A stretch of 62,437 nt of DNA, the filler included. It is 3 parts of 3 records of this genome, joined end to end, with 100 filler letters (N's around TTAATTAATTAA, not from the genome) between each part and the next. Parts side by side here need not be neighbours in the genome. Positions count along the whole stretch, not along the records: positions 51,291 to 62,437 come from SRR20825019_683; 2 more parts are not named here. One strand, 5' to 3'. This document shows positions 57,279-62,437 of this stretch, one piece after another. Under the pieces are notes generated by a model. That model had not been told where the DNA came from. It searched no databases and worked only from the letters and a program-made list of their open reading frames with translations. How positions within the stretch are numbered: the stretch's first letter is position 1; each line of letters starts with the position of its first letter. The translations under genes and the position numbers were made by a program.

Positions 57279-58626
57279 TCAAAGCTCGTTAATTTCGGGA
57301 ATGCCCTGAGAAACATCTGTGAAAAGTTGCTTCAACGCGGGGGTGGGCGCGCGGTCCGGGTGCAGCGCGGCCCGGAGCTGCTTGAGAAGTTTCTGACCGG
57401 CCCCTTGTCGGCCCTCCAACTTGTGGTTCGTGACCTCCCGAATCGCTTCCTGCAAGGCACTGTCCAGCACTCCCGGCGCTTCGACCTCCGCGTGCTGCCG
57501 TTGCGGCTCCCCCCTCGAGTTCCTGTGCGACTGCTGTCTTTCACGGGCAAGGTCATCCTCTAGTTGTCGGATGCGAGCCTGGAGGTACCGGTTCTCCCCC
57601 TCAATACGCGCCTGCTCCTGCTCCGACCGTAGCGTGTCCATTCCTGCGGCGAAGGCGATGCGTCAGACCACAGCCCATCTCTCGGCTAAACTAACCCAGC
57701 ACTCACTTGATCTATCCTCTAGTTGCGACACGAGGGTAGCCAGTCGCTCCCTCTCGGACTCGGTCCGTTCTAGCTCCCTCTCGAGCTCATTGGCCTGGTT
57801 GAGCAGGTTGCTGCAGAGTCGCCCTGTTAACCAGTGACAGAACTGAATCACATATCACTTACGAACGGCCTAGTGCCCACTCCCTCATGGCGCGGCTGTG
57901 CGTGGACTCTGTGATATGCCAATGTCAGATTCGCACAGAAACCCGCACAGGGCAAGGCTTGTATGCCAACTTACTGCACTTCATCAGCTGTGAGTTCACG
58001 CGAGCAAAGTCCGCTTGTCGCGTCGATAGCTTCTTCTCTGCAACCTCCCTCGTCAGATCCACCCTCGACACTCGCCTCCGTCCATATCACCCACCCATAT
58101 TCTTCAGCCTAGTCGCCAGCTCCTTCTCCAGCGCCGTGACGTGCTCGGCCCGTTCGGACAGAATCGCATCAACACTGTCCATGGGATTCACACGGATACT
58201 GTCAAGATGCCGTAGTATATCCGCCATGTTGCCCGCGCACTTGTCGGCGTCGGGGTCGTTCTCGTCATCCAAAACAAACTGGACCAGCCTCCGCTTGCCT
58301 CCTCCGGGCGTCTTTCTGATCTTCGAGGCCTGGCCGCAGTCACTGCTGCCCATCCTCTTGTTTCCTACACACGGGTTCCCAGGCACAGATGCGCCAGGAG
58401 ACCCGCAACCCGGCGACGTAGCGGGAACCTTACTGTTAAGGTCGCTGTGCAGTGGTACGGTGAATGCCCTCCCATCTTCACACTTGCGAACTTTAACACG
58501 CGGAGGGACGCATGCTGCTCCCTCGGCACCGGATGTCCGCTTAGGAGCCTCCTTGGCGATCCAGTCCGCATCCATAAACGAGAGCATTGAAGGCGCACAG
58601 ACTGACGGCCCGCCCACCCTCGACAT
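57279..58626 (-). CDS. Coiled-coil protein with a C-terminal HPD (J-domain-like) segment; multi-exon
   Basis: ORF pieces 58087-58653, 57663-57851 and 57279-57641 can be linked by GT-AG introns. C-terminus 'LLKQLRAALHPDRAPTPALKQLFTDVSQ'. Both ends are uncertain. Confidence 0.55.
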
Positions 58627-59270
58627 ATTGACTACTGTTTGATAGACATGCACTGTAACAATAATAGAATGACATATAAAGTCTGAAAATAGTAACGTGG
58701 GCAGCAGTCCGTAGGCTCCGGGAAGGGACTAGGAGGAAGGCGGAAGTGTTCTGGTAGAGAGCAACTGTACAACGCTAGTGATCGCAAAAGCCGATCAGGG
58801 GGCGCTTGAATGGAGGTGGTGGCTCACTCAGGCGTGGGCGCGGGAGTGTTGGCCGGCCCGAAGAGCCCGAGGTATGAGAGCCTCCTGGCTAAGCACCACG
58901 ACGGGCTGGTGGCATGCGCAGGGTACTCCGATACTGGGCCCTCACGGCCCGGCCCGCTCACGCCCCTAACCCACGACTCATCAGCAGGCCACCAACCACA
59001 GGGGACTGTTCCGTCGTCGGGTGTACCTCAGAACTCATCACTGATTGTGAGTGACCCGTTACACATGAAGGTGATGAGCCCTAATCATAATGAGTGGTTT
59101 CGAGAACGATCTTGATACACATGTCAACACAAAATTTAAGAATCCTTGAAGCCTCGTCAGGTTGGATGGTCTTCTCCTCATTGACCTGACACCGCCCCTC
59201 GCCGCTAGTGCGCTTGAAGCACCGTTCTCACACAGTCATGGATCGCTGGGAAGCCCCAAGCCCAGTCAAC

Positions 59271-60520
59271 TCAGCCGTCTATCACGGAGAATCCCACCTG
59301 CGCCCAAGCCCCAGAGTCAGGCCCACTGAACATGAGCAGCGGAGAAGTGAACTTACGGTAAACGTGGAGACAGCAATCGTCACTGTGGCGATGTACAACC
59401 CAAACCCAACCGCCTCTTCCGCTCCTATTTGACAAAGTGAATCAGGTGACCTTGCAACTCTCACAAGAATAGACGCTAGTCTCACCTTCCGCAAACCTGC
59501 GTGGGTGCCTGATGAATAGAGGGTAGCCCCACGACATGATGTTGAGGAGCCAGTGCAAGATGGTGTAGTTTCTAATCGATGCGTTAATGGCCGTGGAGCA
59601 GTTTGATGCGCCCACGGCAACTGCGGCAGCGCAGCACGTCAGAACAGGCCGTATATTATGAGCAGTGCGTCGATGATACGAACCTCCAATCATGATGAAA
59701 CCCACAAAACCCAATATCGTCCTTAGAATTACCCCGCACAAGAATACAATATAACCGAGGTATCGAATCCTGCCTAGCTGTCAAAAGGGCGCCTTGATTC
59801 GGTCACGAGAGTAGACAGCTTACCACTTACGGCACAGCCCGCCGCTCCATAACGATTGCACCAGCCCCATGAACAAGTGGAGAAACCCACATATAGCGAA
59901 GAACTCCCTGTGTGGTAGTCATCAGCATGTCGTAAGATAGATCAAAGTCTTGCGCAGGTACCTGGCTGGCATCAGTGTCCCTGCATCCGAATCACAGGTG
60001 GTGTTGACAAACTGCAAAAAATACAATATCCCCGAGACCCCCTTCAACAAACGTGAGAAAGGTCAAACTGTCGCGGGGACTTCTACCGTACCAGACATAG
60101 CTCCACTATCGTTGACATCACAAAAAGCAATATGTAGCCCCTACACCTAGGATTAGTAGCTGTCTCCAACCTCCAAACAGTGGAGAGTGTTCACTCACGC
60201 TCTTCGAGCATTGGCCAGCATGCTCTTCTTCACCTCTTTCCGATGCATCCGCTCCGGATTACCAGGCACAAACACGTGTTTGTGCACGTTTGCTGCAAGG
60301 CAACATCAGCAACAGACTCAAGAGAGCCTCCCTTCAGGACATTACCCATTGGCATCGAGTTATCAGCCTTGGCCTCGTTCCACCGGGGGGAACGGATGCG
60401 TGGGGTAGTCTCATCGTCCGAGCCTGAACCAATGCCCGCCCCCTGGTCCTGCTCACCAGGGCCGTTGAGTGGCGCCACGCTCGCCAGTTTCATCTTTTTT
60501 CGCTTTCCACCTCCGCCCAT
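59271..60520 (-). CDS. Orphan multi-pass (about 5 TM) membrane protein; 9 exons by manual reconstruction
   Basis: Manual splicing over GT-AG introns (e.g. 59621-59683) gives a continuous ORF 'MGGGGKRKK...GYILLFVMSTIVELCLGVSGILYFLQFVNTTCD...YLGYIVFLCGVILRTILGFVGFIMIG...GLYIATVTIAVSTFTVGFSVIDG*'. Confidence 0.65.
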
Positions 60521-60579
60521 AATGAGAACCCTTTCTCCAAGGCAGCTGGTGGTCTCTTTTACATTTACTTAAATAGTCC

Positions 60580-61490
60580 GGGCGGCCCCTTTCTTTCGGC
60601 AGGGCCCTGGAGTGAGCGGCCGTGCGTCCGGCGGGCCCCAAGTGCGGAACCCATGGGGTGGGGTCGCCGGGGCCGACTGCCGCGGCAGGGGCGCCGCCGA
60701 AGCGAGCCAAGGACGCACCCGTAAACACACTGACCCATCGTCCAGGCCGGCCTGGGCGCCGCCGCCGCCGAGCGAGTGAGTCCGGCCCGCAGGGTGGGGG
60801 CCCGGGCCGGGGGCGTCCCCGCCCTGGGGCAGTTGCGGCCGGGTGGGTCCGCCTCGGCCAGTGCCCGCTCACGGCGAGCGGCGGCGCCCGGTCGAGTTCC
60901 GTCAGTACATCGTCCCGTTCCACAGCAGGGGTGCGAGTGGACGCGGACTCGCCGGGTGCCGAGTGCCGTGCCTGTGCCGCCGGACTGGACCGTGGGGCCG
61001 CCACCGCCGGCTCGGTGGGCCTGTCAAGCAACGGCTTTGGAACTGCCGGCCGGCGGCTCTGCACTGTTCAAGTCTGGTGTGATGAGTTGAGTGCTCACTT
61101 GCTAGATCGATTCATCGAGGGTGGTTTTGTTGATCTATTGGAGAATGGAACGGAAGTTCAAAAATCCGAAATAGATTCCATATTTAGAATCGCCGGGATA
61201 CTCTAGGGAGCCGGAGCGCCGCGGGGTGCCGGGCCCGCGCCGGCCGCGGGCGCCGCGGGGCCCGGCCACAGTGACGACACGCCTCAGGGGCGCCGGTCCG
61301 CCCCGAGTCCGGGGCCGGGAGGAACGTCCGCCCGGCATGGCGCGGCGCCGCCGGACGGCTGGCGGGGCCGGGGCGGGCGGGCAGCGGCGGCCGTGGTCGC
61401 CGCGTCCCGTCCCCGGCCGCCCGGCCCCGCGCCGCCGCCTTGGTCGGCGGGCCGGGGCCGGGCCCGGACCACCTGACTGTCGCCGCGGTC
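60580..61490. promoter_or_regulatory. Putative bidirectional promoter: GC-rich blocks flanking an AT-rich core
   Basis: Lies between divergent genes (60520 - and 61643 +). GC blocks at about 60580-61060 and 61206-61490, AT-rich core at about 61080-61205. Same architecture as 4040-4560. Confidence 0.5.
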
Positions 61491-61642
61491 GGTGTTACTC
61501 CTAGAACTCACTCTTTCCTTCTCCCTTACACGTTTGAAGTGCCTACTCACGCAGGGAGTCTGGCGAACTGATGTTAAAAGTGGGTCTCTACATACGAGTA
61601 CCAATCTTTACAGATTGGTGCTAGAAATCCCTTAAAAACCGG

Positions 61643-61864
61643 ATGTCGTTGGGCTGGTTGAGTGAGAAGTGGAACGCATTCTGCAAAGCATCTGGGGAGG
61701 CACGCGAGCGGGAGGAAGCTCGGCTGGCCGAGGAGGAGCGGAGAAGGCGAGTGCTGTGGCCAATCATCGATAAGCACTTGAAGGAGCTACTCGAGGTGGA
61801 CGGCGTCACAATGGATGATATCGAGGAGGGTCTGAAGCGTCTGAAGAGCTCCCGGGCTCGCTGA
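61643..61864 (+). CDS. Small hypothetical helical protein (73 aa)
   Basis: Protein-like charged helical sequence downstream of a GC-rich upstream block. No family recognised. Confidence 0.45.
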   Translation: MSLGWLSEKWNAFCKASGEAREREEARLAEEERRRRVLWPIIDKHLKELLEVDGVTMDDIEEGLKRLKSSRAR

Positions 61865-61875
61865 GAGCGTTTACC

Positions 61876-62437
61876 TCACAAAAGCTTGACAAACAGCTCC
61901 TTCCCCAAGTCGTTCTTGAGAGTTCCGCGGCGGCTCCGTCTCGTTGACATCCTCATCCGTTCCTTGATGTGTTCTCCTGCAGCATGACTCAAGCCCAATG
62001 ACTGCGGCCATTCATGTATATGATTCACCTTCATGTTCTCACCGGGCTTTGCTAGATGCTGGATGTATATATAAATATGAGCGAATCACCGTTACAAGAT
62101 GTTTTGGATGTATTCATAAATCAGATGTTGGATGTATTCATACATCACCGTTACAAAAAGATGTTGGGTGTACATAAATATCGGCGAGACCACCGTTGCG
62201 TGTACCAAGGGGTATATGGACACACCCCAGTACAGTATGGAACCCTTTAGAGTTTGCAAGATTGGCAATCCCGGAGCCACAAGCGAAGGAGTCACTAGCG
62301 CCTGGCTTGCAATATGATCAGCAGAGACTTGGTCCCCTGCTGTTACTCCAGTAAACCCATTCGCCCTCAAGTTCTCTGCGCGCAACACCCCCCGGCCGGG
62401 CTTCGTACCTCAACTTGCAATGCCGCAGCAATTTCCA
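61876..62437 (-). CDS. 3' exons of a hypothetical gene running off the window end
   Basis: Plausible splicing gives a C-terminus '...KPGEHIKERMRMSTRRSRRGTLKNDLGKELFVKLL*'. Exon boundaries are uncertain. Confidence 0.35.
62055..62200. repeat. Degenerate AT-rich tandem repeat (about 4 units), probably intronic
   Basis: Units start GATG(C/T)TGG(A/G)TGTA...ATAAAT, and three of them also carry CACCGTT(ACAA). Confidence 0.75.

Noticed and set aside
60453-61604. Arg/Pro/Gly-rich ORFs in the GC-rich intergenic blocks (also 3969-4647, 6423-6963, 22131-22478, 56787-56993)
   Set aside because: These are low-complexity translations of stop-poor GC-rich non-coding DNA with no protein-like composition.
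62055-62200. CRISPR array
   Set aside because: Units are degenerate, the 'spacers' are related to each other and variable in length, there are no cas genes, and the context is eukaryotic.

Overview
This window is not one continuous molecule. It is three contigs joined by two artificial 100-nt spacers (44 N + TTAATTAATTAA + 44 N, at 26919-27018 and 51191-51290). Contigs 1 (1-26918) and 3 (51291-62437) come from a gene-dense eukaryote, probably a flagellated protist whose lineage I cannot determine. It uses the standard code and has short GT-AG introns, mostly 50-70 nt, often with CTRAC/CTRAY branch points. Its genes, reconstructed by hand across introns, encode an MFS/GPH transporter, a secreted Cys-rich plus coiled-coil protein, a ZIP zinc transporter, Furry/MOR2-PAG1, a kinesin, an apparently catalytically dead RecD2/HELB-like helicase, a TPR-IPT-EF-hand-like protein, a Gemin8-like protein and several orphans. 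Almost every gene has a GC-rich, TGAC/GTCA-rich block upstream. Contig 2 (27019-51190) is a GC-rich alphaproteobacterial (Rhizobiales-like) contig with four modules: TTT/TetR/epimerase/enolase; a sugar or polyol ABC uptake and catabolic operon; a BigR/SqrR-type regulator with YgaP and an RND pump; and the end of a RibA / CDP-alcohol transferase / flippase / LtaS-like cluster. I saw no rRNA, tRNA, CRISPR array or transposon. All family assignments come from motif recognition by eye; no database search was run.
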